NCBI GenBank assembly: GCA_964016885.1 | Contig: OZ024742.1 | Location: 311,178,001-311,242,000, forward strand | DNA: 64,000 bases | Source of the DNA: Eledone cirrhosa | Taxonomy: Eukaryota | Direction: 5' to 3' | In this document: in pieces, positions 1-13,032 of the stretch | Position numbering within the stretch: position 1 is the first letter of the stretch | Layout of the letters: every line of letters starts with the position of its first letter | The notes under the pieces: model-generated | The model's database searches: none | What the model was told of the DNA's origin: nothing | Seen by the model: only the letters and a program-made list of their open reading frames with translations | Translations under genes and position numbers: made by a program

Positions 1-575
1 TAATATAAAGTAAGTCCAAGCAGATCACCTTGTTGGACTCCTGAGGCAGATACGAATTGGTCACCAAAGGAAGGGTAAGAGAGCTCCTGATAAGCCTACC
101 AAGCAAAGTGGTAGAGCTGTGGGGCTCTCTTCTTTACTAAGTGGAGGAGGACATCATAACTAATGGAGTTGAAGGTATTCTTGTGGTCAAGTTTGAAGAT
201 AACTTTGGTGATCTCAGAAGGCAAGTTGGTAAAACTCTTCTGGCATGCCAGCTGCCTCACAACCCAGCTTGGTACCCACCCTTAGCTGAGTAGAGGAAAA
301 TTCTGCAGACAGACAGTCTGAGATCGATGGGAGATTTTGCTATGAGCCGTTGAAGTATGCATCCAACTGCAATGGGGAAGAAAAAGCCATTGGGCTTTGT
401 GAGGCCAAACAGTTTAGCCCCATAGAACAAGGGTTGAATATAGGGGAAGACACTCTTGGACGAGAACATGTTGACAAACTGGGTCAGATTCTCCAAGAGC
501 TCGGTGCCGGTATCACCAGCCAACAGACATACTATCCTTAAGATGCTGGGGTCGTAGACCTTCACAAAAGACATA
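1..575 (-). mobile_element. Degenerate non-LTR retrotransposon RT fragment, CRE-like
   Basis: GAKLFGLTKPNG..PIAVGCILQRLIAK and, in another frame near 15-42, GVQQGDLLG; frameshifted. Confidence 0.6.
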
Positions 576-2099
576 TCTCACCCACTTCAAAGTGAGTGGG
601 AGATCTCCCCGTCTAACGGGGATAGTTGACAGGTCTGGTATTACACAGGGCGAGGGAGGTCAGAGGAGAATGAATATAGTGAAAATGAATGAAACTGCAA
701 TAAAATAATGTTTATACAAGGCTAATAACCAAGACTGAACAAAAGAATCAGCTAGATAGAAAAAAAAAATAAGTTGTAGTGACTTCGAAGTTTCAGCTTG
801 GTCAGAGGAAGCGTCCAAACTTCGAAGCCACTGTCACTTTTCTACTCAGAAAATAAAATTCACACTCAGCCCACAAGTATTGAGTGCTTATTCATTATAT
901 GTTTGAAGTACTGTAGTATTTTCAATACCCATTTTAATAATAAGCCAAGCTTTGTGTGATCAGGTACCAGAGAATAATGAAATTTAGTGGTAGGTAGTGT
1001 TTACTTAAAACGAAAGGTTGCCCAGTTTAATTTTCGAGATGGTAGGCGAATATTCGATTCACTAGAAATAGCAGCCAAATCTCTCTCGTTGCACATTCTA
1101 CGTCATTTTTAAAAAAAAATGGACATATCAGATAATGTCATTGTGAATGCAGTGACTAAGAAAGGGGACAGGATAGTCACACCTGGAAAATGTTCGTGAT
1201 ATATCTCCTGACACGGGGTTAATCTAGGGATGAACAACAATAACTAATTTGTTGTCAGGTTTCTGTGGGAGGGGTCGTATTAAAAGGTAGTACGGCTGTT
1301 GCCGGTCTATCCTAATAGAGATGTTTTAGATACATATCTTTATTTATTTAGTGTTTGTTTTAGAAGATTTGTGTATTGAACACCTAAAATATATTTTAAA
1401 CTATCATATCAATAAAATACACCATGATAATACATGTAATAATTTGATAACATTAAAGAAATTTGTTTAAAATATTCAGACGACACGTCTTTTATATTTA
1501 AATCAAATGAAAGTAGTCATGTTTTATTAATATTTATAAAGTGAATTATAACACATACAAAGTGGATATAATTAAAATAACAGTTTAACTTACTGTCTGG
1601 TTATTTTGTGAAAGTCAAATAAATAAGGTTTCCTCTAGTTTGTTATTTGTGTTATACATTTTTTACAACTACGCCATTACAGACGATAGTGAGGCTCACA
1701 GCCAAAACTAATGCATCATATAAATCCAATTTATTTAATTCGACTAGTTGCGCTTTGCTAACTTCAATAAATTTTTGCTTCGTTTTGGAGCAAGGTCAGC
1801 AATTTAAAGGGAAGCGTTAAGTCGATTAAAATGGCCTCAGTGCATTACAGGTACTTTATTTTATCGAACCATTTTTAATGTTCTCTATATATCAAATCGT
1901 GTCCAATTTTTCGGCATTTAATCGTTTCGCCGTGGATTTTTTTAAACGCCACTCTAATTTTATTTTATTATGCTTTTAAAACGTTTTCGAATTTTCGTGT
2001 TCTGTATATCAGAAACTCAAAATTTGCAAACAAATTTTAATTCAAATCGTTAAACGACTAAGGGTAGGACATTTAAAGCTACTGTCCATTATACATTTC

Positions 2100-2505
2100 A
2101 TTATCATCATCATCACCGTTTTACGCCAATTTTACCCTGCTAGCATGAGTAAGACGAGTTGTCCTGTTGTGGGCAATGCAAGATCAAGTGACCATGTCTT
2201 GCTCATAGAGAACTTATTTTGGCTTGGTTTCTACAGCTGGAAGGGCACTTCCTAGCGCCAACCTCATTTACATGAGTACTGGGTGCTTTTTGTCGTGTAA
2301 CCAACATAACCACTTTACAGCGAGGGCTGTGTGCTTTTTGCCGTGTCACCATCACGACCACTTTACAGTGTGGGCTGGGGACTTCACTGGCTGTATACTT
2401 CAGCCTATCCTCGTGCGAGATGAATGGGAGGGTGGGGTGTTGTGGAGCATACTGTATATATGCTTCAGTTTCGACCTGTACCCTTGGGAAGTCAGGTCTT
2501 CTGTA
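2100..2505 (-). mobile_element. RTE LINE 3' end fragment
   Basis: (CAT)n tail plus ttctacagctgg/cttcctag motif shared with the 3' UTR of the 46.5-49.8 kb RTE. Confidence 0.7.
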
Positions 2506-2549
2506 TATATATGTGTGTGTATGTATTTCTAAAGAGGAGCAAGACAGAA

Positions 2550-3400
2550 AGACATTTCCCCAAGAATCTTTACAACTTGTTTACAAGATGCCATCATCAA
2601 CAGAGTCAACTGGTAGAACAAGGGTATCAGCATAGATGGTGAACTTCTATGCCACCTAGACTTTGCAGATGACATCATCCTGATAGCCTATACACCACAA
2701 GAATTGGAGGAGATGCTCAATGCTATCCACACTGTGAGCCAGCCAGTAGACCTTAATATCCATCATGTTTAACAACCACATTAAACCATCACCAGTTGTG
2801 GATCAAAAGACCATCAAGGAAGTAGACAGTTATGTGTACCTTGGAAAGAAAGCTGCAAGAGATGGTGCCCTACTTCCAGAGGTTAAAAGAAAGGTTGGGC
2901 TTGGCTGGGAAGCATTTGGAAAAGTTTATAACATCATTAGACATCCCAAGTCAAAAAGTTAAACCAACCAAAAGAAAGCTGTTTGATGAATATGTTCTGC
3001 TGGTGATGACATGGAAGTGAGGTGTGGGCATTCAACACCACCGCTGCAGAGACTCTTGTAGTGGCCCAACATAAAATGGAGAAAATCATGCTTGGCATCA
3101 CCTTACATAACAGGAGGAGCAACACTTGGAATCGACAGCTGACTAGAGTGAAGGACATAATCAAGACCATCAAGAAGGGAAAACATAGATGGGCTGGCCA
3201 CATCTCTCATTTCAGAGACAAGTGAACTATTAGAGCGATAGTGTGAACACCAAGACAATGGAGAAGAACCAAAGAGCAGCCAAAGGCTCGATGATCTGAC
3301 ATGATACCTTGGCCCCACATTACCGGATATGACCAGAGATAGGAAGCGGTGGAGGTCAACCAATATGAGGTTCCTCCAACAGGAGTGAGAAGGACCTGGA
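2550..3400 (+). mobile_element. Degenerate RTE-clade LINE RT/C-terminal fragment
   Basis: HLDFADDIIL, YVYLGK, KHRWAGHI in broken frames. Confidence 0.8.
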
Positions 3401-3825
3401 GATGGGATTTAGGATTTTGGATATATATATAGATAATGATGATGATTTCATAAAAATGAAACAATTCTAGTACTGTATATCGAGTTATATATATATATAA
3501 TAAAGATGGCGATACTCTACCAATGTATTGGGTGCCTTTTTAAACCGTGGTTAACCCCACAACACAACTCGAGAATCTACATATATATATATATATATAA
3601 CTCATGCAAGCATCGAAAAGCGGACGTAAAAACTATATCATCACCATTTTACATGCATTTTTCCATGCTAGCATGGATTAGACGAGTTGTCCTGTTATGG
3701 GCAATGCTAAGTCAGGTGACCATGCTTTGCTTATACAGAACTGATTTTGGCTTGGTTTCTACAGCTGGATGCCCTTCCTAATGCCAACCTCATTTACAGT
3801 GAGTACTGATATATATATATATATA

Positions 3826-4397
3826 AATAAAATTAGTCCTTCATCAGTGATCTTCCAACTTTCATGGGTATTTCATCGCTTTAAAAATCATATACCTCTA
3901 GTTGGCGCGAGCAATAACAAATAAAGTATTGGGACAAGTAAAATAGGGTGAAACGAGCGAGACATGTAAACAAACACGATGGTATGGCAATGGAAAGATA
4001 GGAAGAGACAAGCACATGAAATGAAATCTGTAAGCTTAAGCTTGGTAAATTCATGGGCGAGAGATACAGACCATCCGACATGGGTGAGATGTGAGCGAGA
4101 AAAGGATTTCACACAGGTCAAACGGGAGGAAGTGAGAGAGTTGGGAGAAGCAGAGAGTGAGTGGAAGTGTGAGGAAGAGACCAGCAGAGAGAGAGTGTGA
4201 CTGGCAGAGGGGGTAAAAAGAGGAGAGAGAGAGTAAGAAATGTCTTGTTTGTTTACATGTCTCGCTCGTTTCACCCTATTTTACTTGTCTCAATAACTTT
4301 GTTTGTTATTGCTCGCACCAACTAGAGGTATATGATTTTTAAAGCGATGAAATACCAATGAAAGTTGGAAGATCACTGATGAAGGACTAATTTTATT
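3826..4397. mobile_element. Fold-back element with ~150-bp inverted arms (Penelope terminal-repeat-like)
   Basis: 3826-3974 is the reverse complement of 4245-4397 with few mismatches; purine-rich spacer; arms carry CTGATGAAGG near their outer ends. Confidence 0.7.
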
Positions 4398-4769
4398 CAT
4401 ATGTATTCCATATGCAACCACACAGCACTCCATTTTTCTCATATATATATATGTATGTATGTACAAGGTAAACAGAAATAACAACACAATCGGTACAGTA
4501 TGTATGGAAGGTATATATTAGGTTAATGCTTGATATTGCAGGAAGAGGGTACACACACATCATCATTTTACATCCATTGTTCCACGAGCTTCAGCAATCT
4601 GAAATCAGCTGTCACCACTCCCATCCAGGTCTTCCTTCCACTGGGATCACTTACCACTTTTTTAACCACACGATCATCATCCAAATTTTTAATCAACAAT
4701 ACATCTATATATAAATTTGAGTCATCTGCTCGTCCATCTGTCACATAATGCGTGTGTTTGTGTAAATGT

Positions 4770-5625
4770 ATCATCATCATCATCATCACCGTTTTACGTC
4801 CATTCTTCCACGCTAGCATGGGTTAGATGGGTTGTTCTGTTGTGGGCAGTGTCCAGTCGGCTGACCTTGTCTTCTCATCTGGGAACTGATTCTGGCTTAA
4901 TTTCTACAGCTGGATGCCCTTCCTAACACCAACCTCATTTACAGTGAGTGCTGGGTGCTTTTTTTTCCGTGGCGCCTACACAACCACTTTACAGTGTGGG
5001 CTGGGTGCTTCTTTGCCGTGGCACCTCCACGACCAGTTCACAGTGGGTGGGGCCATATTGTCTATATGCTTCAGCTTCGGCTTGTACCCGTGGAAAGTCG
5101 GGTCTTCTGTATTTCTGCGTGACGCCAGAGGTTACGGTCCTGTGTCATCGCCTTTGAGAGGTGCAATTGGGTAAGGTCGGCTTTTATCACCTAATCCCAG
5201 GTCTACTTGGGTCCCCCCACTCCACGGCTTCCATCGACTTTTAGTGCTCTGCACCTTTTTATGCAGCTGTCATCCTTCATACGCATCACATGTCCATACC
5301 AACGCAACCTCCTCTCCTGCACACAGCAATTGATTCCTCTTATGCTCAGTCTCTCTCTCAATTCGTTTATGCTTTGCCGTTCGCGTATATTACTATTACA
5401 CATCCATCGGAGCATGCAAGCTTCGTTTCTTTCTAATTTACGCAAGTCTTCTACACACAACGCCTTGGTCTCACTACCATGTAACATTGCTGTTCGTATG
5501 CATGCATCATACAGTCTGCCTTTCATTTTGAGGGAAAAGCCTTTTGCAGCTAGCAGTGGCAGTAGCTCCCTGAACTTCTTCCATCCCGTTCTTACCCTGG
5601 TTACTGTACTTTCCGAACCCCCACT
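4770..5625 (-). mobile_element. 5'-truncated RTE LINE copy
   Basis: ORF 5203..5676 (RVRTGWKKFRELLPLL..RRLRWYGHV) is nearly identical to the C-terminus of the 46959 ORF; 3' UTR and (GAT)n tail. Confidence 0.9.
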
Positions 5626-5900
5626 GTTTCTACAGAGCCCTCCCAGAGTTTGGTGGTGCTTGTTTCCTGAGGCCATTTGCTGCTTGTATATGTGTATAAA
5701 AGGGGATGGTAAAAAAACTATAGCAAAACAACAGATGACATTTCATTTGCTATGCTGTGTGAGTGTATGTTTGTGCCTGTGTGAATGTGTATTTTTGTAA
5801 GTGTGTCTGTTTGCATGATTAGATTTATATACTAATATATATATATATGTATGCATAAACACATATACATCAGTGTGTTGAAACAAATCCTAGTAATATT

Positions 5901-6228
5901 TCATCATTTTATGTCCACTTTTCCCTGCTTGCAAGGGTGAGATGGGAACTGATTCTGGCTTGATTTCTACAGCTGGATGCCCTTCCTAACACCAACCTCA
6001 TTTACAGTGAGTGCTGGGTGCTTTTTTGCCGTGGCACCTCCACGACCACTTTGCAGTGGAATGATAGGGACCCCAGTCCTATGATCTCATTTCTACAGCT
6101 GAGTAAACTGGAGCAATGTGAAATAAAATGTCTTGCTCAAGGAAACAACACATCACCCGGTCTGAGAATTGAACTCACAACCTTTCGATTACAAGGCCAA
6201 TGCTCTAACCACTAAGTCATGTGCCTCC
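5901..6228 (-). mobile_element. tRNA-derived SINE with RTE-derived 3' tail
   Basis: Head GGAGGCACATGACTTAGTGG (A box) ... GAGTTCAATTC (B box), tail matches RTE 3' UTR; copies at 43655-44003 and 44410-44787. Confidence 0.8.
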
Positions 6229-7373
6229 ACATAAGTCAATTCTCCTTCTGTAATGATTTGGCAGAAAATATCTAAAAACAGATTTGTTAATTCAAATGTT
6301 TATATCTTTACTAGTGAACAGATCGCTATGAAAATTAGCAATATTAAAATATAGATATCAGTTTTTAATGTGATGAAGTCACAATACTGTTTTGTACTAA
6401 ATGTTTATATCTTTACTAGTGGACAATTTTGGGTATTAATACTAGTGTGACAATTTTGGGTATTAATATATAGACTTCAATTTTTAATCTGATGCAGTCA
6501 TAGTGCTGCTTTGTATTAAATGTTGATAACATATTTACTAGTGGACAGATTGTGACAATTTTCAGCATTAATATATAGACTTCAGTTTTTAATATGATGC
6601 AGCCATAGTGCTATTTTATACTTTTCAAAAATATCTTGTTGATGTAGTTTCATGTATACAACTTGTTAATACGCCACTCTACCAAAAATATTTGGGCTAA
6701 GTTCCTGGCTTGATGATGCCTTCCTCCTCACTTACCACTGTTCTTGTAGGACCTGAAAAGGGTCATGGGTGTTGCCTTTATTCCAGCTTAGTGGTTAGAG
6801 AATTGGATTCACAATTGTGAAGTTGTGAGTTTAATTCCTAGACCGGATGATGTGTTATGTCCTTGAACAAGACGCTTTATTTCATGTTGCTCCTCCTACC
6901 AGGAGTTGCAACTAAGAGATAGCATCAGCAATTGAAAAGACCAATAGAAATATTGTTTCCTTTGTCCAATCTGATGTGTTCCACCCCAGTTGGTAAGCGA
7001 ATGAGGTCTGAGATCTTGTCATTCATTCCTGGATGGATATATTTATGGACCTGTAACTCCTGCTGGAGTCAAAGAGGTGATATCATGATATTTTAAACTT
7101 AATACAGCCCATCTCCTCTCCAGGTCTGAATACAGCTAATTTCTTCCAGAGAAGCCAAAATAGTGAGAGAGATGTAGAGGAAGAATCAACCCCAGTACTA
7201 CACTGGTACTTTTTTATTGACCTCAAAAAGATGAAAGGCAAAGTTGACTTCAATGAGATTTGAACACAGAACACAGAGAGCTGGAACAAATACCACAAAG
7301 TATTCTAAGCTATAAGGGAAGGTAAATTCATAAACATAACCTCTAAAAAAAATAATTTTCTTTTATAGCATGC

Positions 7374-7379
7374 TTTATT
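7374..7379 (-). promoter_or_regulatory. Candidate polyadenylation signal of HMGB gene
   Basis: AATAAA on minus strand ~280 nt downstream of the stop codon. Confidence 0.4.
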
Positions 7380-7659
7380 TTTGATTTTTGTTTCGTTTTT
7401 TTTTTTTTTTTTTAATAAATAAATGCAATGTGTACATGAACTCAATAGAGTAGGACAACTCTAATAGACTTAGTACATTGGTCAGTTTAACGCTACCACA
7501 ACCTCAACCATCTTCACAACAAAGCCCTTGGGTGCCTTTACCAGAATTTACTGTTTGCAAGCATTTGGGCAAGGTCCCTAGTCTGAGGAATAACTTCCTC
7601 TATTCAATCAGTTAAAAATATTTAAAATAAAACACCATTGCCTTTAAGCTTGTTTACAA

Positions 7660-8364
7660 CTATTCATCATCATCATCGTCTTCTTCGTCATCATCGTCGT
7701 CCTCGTCATCTTCATCATCATCAGTGCCAGCATCATTGTTATTGTTATTGTTATTACCATCTTCACCTTCCTGTTCATCATCATCATCCTCGCTGTCATC
7801 ATCATCATCATCCTCCTCCTCGTCATCATCTTCGTTGTTGTCACAGTTGTTTTTATTGTTTTTGCTTTGCACATTTCCCTTAGCCCTTCCCACCACTGCT
7901 TCCTCCTCCTCTTCCTCCTCCTCCACACTGCCTTCTTCCCCACCTTCACTGCTGCCCTCTTCTTCTCCCTCTTCAGACTCCTCCTCTCCCTCTTCTGAAC
8001 CTAACCCTTCTTCCTCAGCGTCCTCCTTCTCTGACTCATCGTCAGACTCTGCCACTACCCTTGGTTTCGATCTTGCCACAAGCTGGGCAGCTTGTGCTGC
8101 CATCTGTGCCACTTTTGCTGTTTTCGTCTGCTTCTCCGGTATTTTAGTATTCTTTATTGGGGGTTTCACTATTTGGGATTGTGATCTTGAAGGTGGAGGT
8201 TTTACTGACACAGCCATGGGGGTATGTGGCTTCACCATTTTCTCTGGCTTCAACTTGGCCACTTTAGCTTTTGGTTGGAACTGCTCCTCAACTTCAGTCT
8301 TTTGTACAGGAATATCTTTGCTTGCTTCAACATTCACTTGCTGACTTCGAAATATTATCATTTC
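7660..8364 (-). CDS. HMGB-family protein, terminal coding exon (K/P-rich linker plus long acidic tail, 234 aa)
   Basis: ttgtag acceptor, phase 0, continues box B (YEK|EMIIFR); ORF 7660..8361 ends in D/E tracts and a stop codon. Confidence 0.85.
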   Translation of the reverse strand, partial: EMIIFRSQQVNVEASKDIPVQKTEVEEQFQPKAKVAKLKPEKMVKPHTPMAVSVKPPPSRSQSQIVKPPIKNTKIPEKQTKTAKVAQMAAQAAQLVARSKPRVVAESDDESEKEDAEEEGLGSEEGEEESEEGEEEGSSEGGEEGSVEEEEEEEEAVVGRAKGNVQSKNNKNNCDNNEDDDEEEDDDDDDSEDDDDEQEGEDGNNNNNNNDAGTDDDEDDEDDDDDEEDDDDDE

Positions 8365-8384
8365 CTACAATAAATAATAACAAT

Positions 8385-9325
8385 TGCATTAATTATCAAT
8401 AACAACTGTGTTAATTATAATAACAACTGTATTAATTAACAATAATGACTGTGTTAGACTAAGTTAAAGACTAATTAATTGACAATAACTACTGTGTTAA
8501 TTAAAAATAATTACTGTGTTAATGAACAATAATTACTGTGTGCCACAGTTTGAGGTGTGTGTGGAAGTCTGACCTTCGTAAAGACCTGAAGATCCGTCTC
8601 TTCATCACTACAGAGGAGCCTGTGCTGCTGTACAGATCTGAGACTTGGACACTGACCAAGAGGCTCACTCACATGGTGGATGGGTGCTACACGAGAATGC
8701 TGAGGATGACTCTGAACAGTAATCAGTATACACTGAGGATGAGGAACTCAGAGCTGTACCAAAGCTTCCCAAAAGTCAGCTCGAAAGTAACACAGAGGAG
8801 ACTGAGGTTAGCTGAACATGCTCACTGACATTCAGAGTTGATACTGCATCAGTGGTCCTGTGGGAGCCCCTACATGGACACACTAGAAGAGGGAAACCGA
8901 GGATGACATATATTGATGCCTTAAGGACAGACACCGGTCTCTGGGAGACGCAGGACATGGCAGCGATGATGAAGGACAGAGACTGCTGGAGAGAACTCGT
9001 CCATGGATCTCAGGAATTTTACCCTCTCTAGAGATTACTGAGAATAATTACTGTATTAATTAACAATAATTACTGTTAATTAACAATTACTACTGTGTTA
9101 ATTAACAATAACTATTGTGTTAATTAACAATAATTACAGTGTTAATTAACAATAATTACTGTTAATTAACAACAATTACTGTTAATTAACAATAACTACT
9201 GTGTTAATTAACAATAATTATTGTGTTAATTAACAATACTGATTGTGTTAATTAACAATAATTACTGTTAATTAACAATAATTACTGTTTTAATTAACAA
9301 TAATTACTGTGTTAATTAACAACAG
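8385..9325. repeat. ~21-26-bp AT-rich minisatellite (ttaattaacaataattactgtg) interrupted by an RTE fragment
   Basis: Tandem units at 8385-8540 and 9040-9325. Confidence 0.85.
8540..9030 (+). mobile_element. RTE-like LINE 3' fragment
   Basis: LLYRSETWTLTK..DGCYTRMLR..RRLRLAEH. Confidence 0.8.
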
Positions 9326-9374
9326 CCACTACTTTAACCACCAATACCACAACAATCACCATAACAAGTCACCA

Positions 9375-11155
9375 CCATCACCATAACAACCAATACAACA
9401 ATCATCACCATCACAACAATCACTACCACCACAATAACCACTACCTTAACCACCAATACCACAACAACAACCATCACCACCACAACACAACCACTAACTT
9501 AACTACCAATACCACAACAACAATCATCACCATCACCACCACAACACAACCACTAACTTAACTACCAATACCACAACAACAATCATCACCACCACCACCA
9601 CAACACAACCACTAACTTAACTACCAATACCACAACAACAATCACCACCACCACCACAACACAACCACTAACTTAACTACCAATACCACAACAACAATCA
9701 TCACCACCACCACCACAACACAACCACTAACTTAACTACCAATACCACAACAACAATCACCACCACCACCACCACAACACAACCACTAACTTAACTACCA
9801 ATACCACAACAACAATCATCACCACCACCACCACAACACAACCACTAACTTAACTACCAATACCACAACAACAATCACCACCACCACCACCACAACACAA
9901 CCACTAACTTAACTACCAATACCACAACAACAATCACCACCACCACCACCACAACACAACCACTAACTTAACTACCAATACCACAACAACAATCACCACC
10001 ACCACCACCACAACACAACCACTAACTTAACTACCAATACCACAACAACAATCACCACCATCACCACCACAACACAACCACTAACTTAACTACCAATACC
10101 ACAACAACAATCACCACCACCACCACCACAACACAACCACTAACTTAACTACCAATACCACAACAACAATCACCACCACCACCACCACAACACAACCACT
10201 AACTTAACTACCAATACCACAACAACAATCACCACCACCACCACCACAACACAACCACTAACTTAACTACCAATACCACAACAACAATCACCACCACCAC
10301 CACCACAACACAACCACTAACTTAACTACCAATACCACAACAACAATCACCACCACCACTACAACACAACCACTAACTTAACTACCAATACCACAACAAC
10401 AATCACCACCACCACCACAACACAACCACTAACTTAACTACCAATACCACAACAACAATCACCACCACCACCACCACAACACAACCACTAACTTAACTAC
10501 CAATACCACAACAACAATCACCACCACCACCACAACACAACCACTAACTTAACTACCAATACCACAACAACAATCACCACCACCACCACCACAACACAAC
10601 CACTAACTTAACTACCAATACCACAACAACAATCACCACCACCACCACAACACAACCACTAACTTAACCACCAATACCACAACAACAATCACCACCATCA
10701 CCACCACAACACAACCACTAACTTAACTACCAATACCACAACAACAATCACCACCACCACCACAACACAACCACTAACTTAACCACCAATACCACAACAA
10801 CAATCACCACCATCACCACCACAACACAACCACTAACTTAACCACCAATACCACAACAACAATCACCACCACCACCACAACACAACCACTAACTTAACCA
10901 CCAATACCACAACAACAATCACCACCATCACCACCACAACACAACCACTAACTTAACTACCAATACCACAACAACAATCACCACCACCACCACAACACAA
11001 CCACTAACTTAACCACCAATACCACAACAACAATCACCACCATCACCACCACAACACAACCACTAACTTAACCACCAATACCACAACAACAATCACCACC
11101 ACCACCACAACACAACCACTAACACAACAACAATCACCACCACCACAACACAACT
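9375..11155. repeat. ~51-57-bp CA-rich minisatellite, about 30 copies, in last HMGB intron
   Basis: Unit accactaacttaactaccaataccacaacaacaatc(acc)n acaacaca. Confidence 0.95.
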
Positions 11156-11244
11156 AAATCTGTTTAACATTTTCATTACTACATTTTTAATGAAAACACC
11201 ACCTATGTTTCTCAATTAATTTTGTAAATCATCATCATCATCGC

Positions 11245-11600
11245 AAATACAAGCAGCCAAATTGGGGTTCCACCAAAGGGTCTTTGAGTAATGTTACTTG
11301 ATAAAGTGCGTAGTTCAGAGATGAGAGAGTCACTCAAGGTAGAGCCACTACTTCTCCGAATTGAGAGATCCCAGCTCTGATACTATGGACATGTGGTTAG
11401 AATGTCTCAGGAAAAATCACTGCACAGATTTTATGGGCAAAATCAACTGACCGGAGACCCAGGGGTATCTCCGAGCAAGATGGTTGGATAGTATCCATGA
11501 GCTTGGTTGGTCACACTTGGGGATCCAGCCGGATCAGTTGGAGACAGTTGCTTCACACAGGAACCCTCCCAGGAATAAGTGGGCAAAGAAGAAGAAAAAG
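11245..11600 (+). mobile_element. RTE-like LINE 3' fragment (family also at 16890-17525 and 62550-62745)
   Basis: IERSQL*YYGHVVRMSQE; shared ggaataagtgggc(a/g)aagaag end. Confidence 0.7.
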
Positions 11601-11846
11601 ATCATCATCATCCTTTTCATGTCCACTTTACCATGCTGGTATGGGTTTGACAGGATGATTTGAGACATGGTTTACAGACAGATGCCTCTTACGACACAGC
11701 GTACCTATTCTAAAAACTGGGATACACATAACATTTGAAGGAATTTAGTAAAATAACAAACCATATTATTATGCTGAAGTTTAGTAAATAGCTTAACAAT
11801 AATATTCTTCTCTAATATTTTTTATTTAAATATGGATACTTTAAAA

Positions 11847-12171
11847 CAGAGGTTCTCAAACTTTTTGTGTCCCCCCCCCCCTCTCACGCCACATAATACC
11901 CTCAGCGCCCCCAACCCTATTTCCAGAGAGACCTACCTACACGCAAATAATATATAATAAATAAAATCGTTAATTTATATACAATAAATAATATAATATA
12001 TACTATGTATAAATAAATATTATATATTTTGTATTTTATTATATTTATATATAATATGTATCATTTGATATTTAATATACTATTATATCATCTCTATCAC
12101 CCCTCCTTCAGTACACCCTGGACCTTCTCAAGGCCCCCTGGGGACGGTAGCACCCACTTTGAGAACCTCTG
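11847..12171. mobile_element. hAT-like MITE
   Basis: TIRs cagaggttctcaaa / tttgagaacctctg; no clear TSD. Confidence 0.65.
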
Positions 12172-12264
12172 CACACAAGAAGTGTGTCATGATGGAATTA
12201 GGGTGGTTTTGGGTAAGGTTAGTATCAAAAGTGTTCCAATAAAACTCAAAAAAACAACACTAAC

Positions 12265-12439
12265 CTTCTCATATCGTTTTCGATCTTGTGCTGCTCTTTC
12301 TTCATATGACTTCTTAACCTCGTGAGTTGACAATTTCCACATCTTCCCCAGTAGTGTAGCCACTTCTGATACTTTTAATTCTGGTTTTTCTTCAATCAAC
12401 TTTGCTCTGTGGTCCTTACAGAAGATGAAAAATGCTGAG
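12265..12439 (-). CDS. HMGB-family protein, coding exon 3 (HMG box B)
   Basis: 175 nt, (L)SAFFIFCKDHRAKLIEEKPELKVSEVATLLGKMWKLSTHEVKKSYEERAAQDRKRYEK; tttcag acceptor, GTTAGT donor; frame joins exon 2. Confidence 0.95.
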
Positions 12440-12877
12440 CTGAAAATGGCAATGAAAGATCCTGTATAAGATAATGTTGATAAAGTCCATGTGATTGTGA
12501 TAGAATATAATCAGCAAAGATGTGTAAGATGGACAGTTATTGGTGTATGGTGGTCTTAGTTATTGATGTTGTTGTTGTTGTTTAGGTTCAGGTCAGTTTT
12601 CATCGAGCAGACCTATTACCAGAGGCTTTCCAGTCCTGAGCAAAGTTTTATTTTGAAGAATAGTGTATCCACCTCCTCCTGCTCCTACAACAGTAACAAC
12701 AACAACTGCTGCTGCTGACTACAGTGGGACAATACCACAAAATAAGTGTTCAACAATCAAATAATTCTACCAATCCACCAGCCTTGTTTATGTGCAAGAT
12801 AGTGAAATATAAAAAAATATCTAAATGAACTAATAGAAAAAAATGTTTGAAGAATTTCCAGAGTATTTTCTACTTAC

Positions 12878-13032
12878 AGACAACGTTTTGGAGCATTTGG
12901 GTCTTTAATTTGTTTTCGTTTCCGTTTAATTTCACCAGGGGGTGGCACATAATTTGCCATTTCATTTTCATATCGAATCTTATCCCTCTGAGCCATCTCC
13001 TCAAACAGTTTTTTTTCTGTTGGCACCATGTC
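12878..13032 (-). CDS. HMGB-family protein, coding exon 2 (end of box A, linker, start of box B)
   Basis: 155 nt, [51 protein letters not shown](L); ctag acceptor, GTAAGT donor, phase 0 to 2; KDPNAPKR hallmark. Confidence 0.95.

Noticed and set aside
779-840. Short inverted repeat with CAGAGGA...GAAG, hammerhead-like
   Set aside because: Two core deviations and no stem II in proper register
6130-6228. tRNA-like sequence with A/B boxes (also near 6787, 22925, 43655, 54490, 59552)
   Set aside because: SINE heads; no complete cloverleaf or acceptor stem
6290-6620. Three degenerate ~115-bp tandem units
   Set aside because: Old AT-rich tandem duplication with no coding or structural signal
7724-8344. 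206-aa Ser-rich plus-strand ORF and other overlapping ORFs at 7638-7949
   Set aside because: Antisense or alternative-frame shadows of the acidic HMGB exon
9375-11155. Regular repeat array as CRISPR or mucin-like CDS
   Set aside because: No unique spacers and no cas genes; eukaryotic intron; no ORF called
12187-12264. In-frame read-through of HMGB exon 3 into the intron (VSVVFLSFIGTLL...)
   Set aside because: A good donor exists at 12264 and similarity stops there; nothing supports an alternative terminal exon
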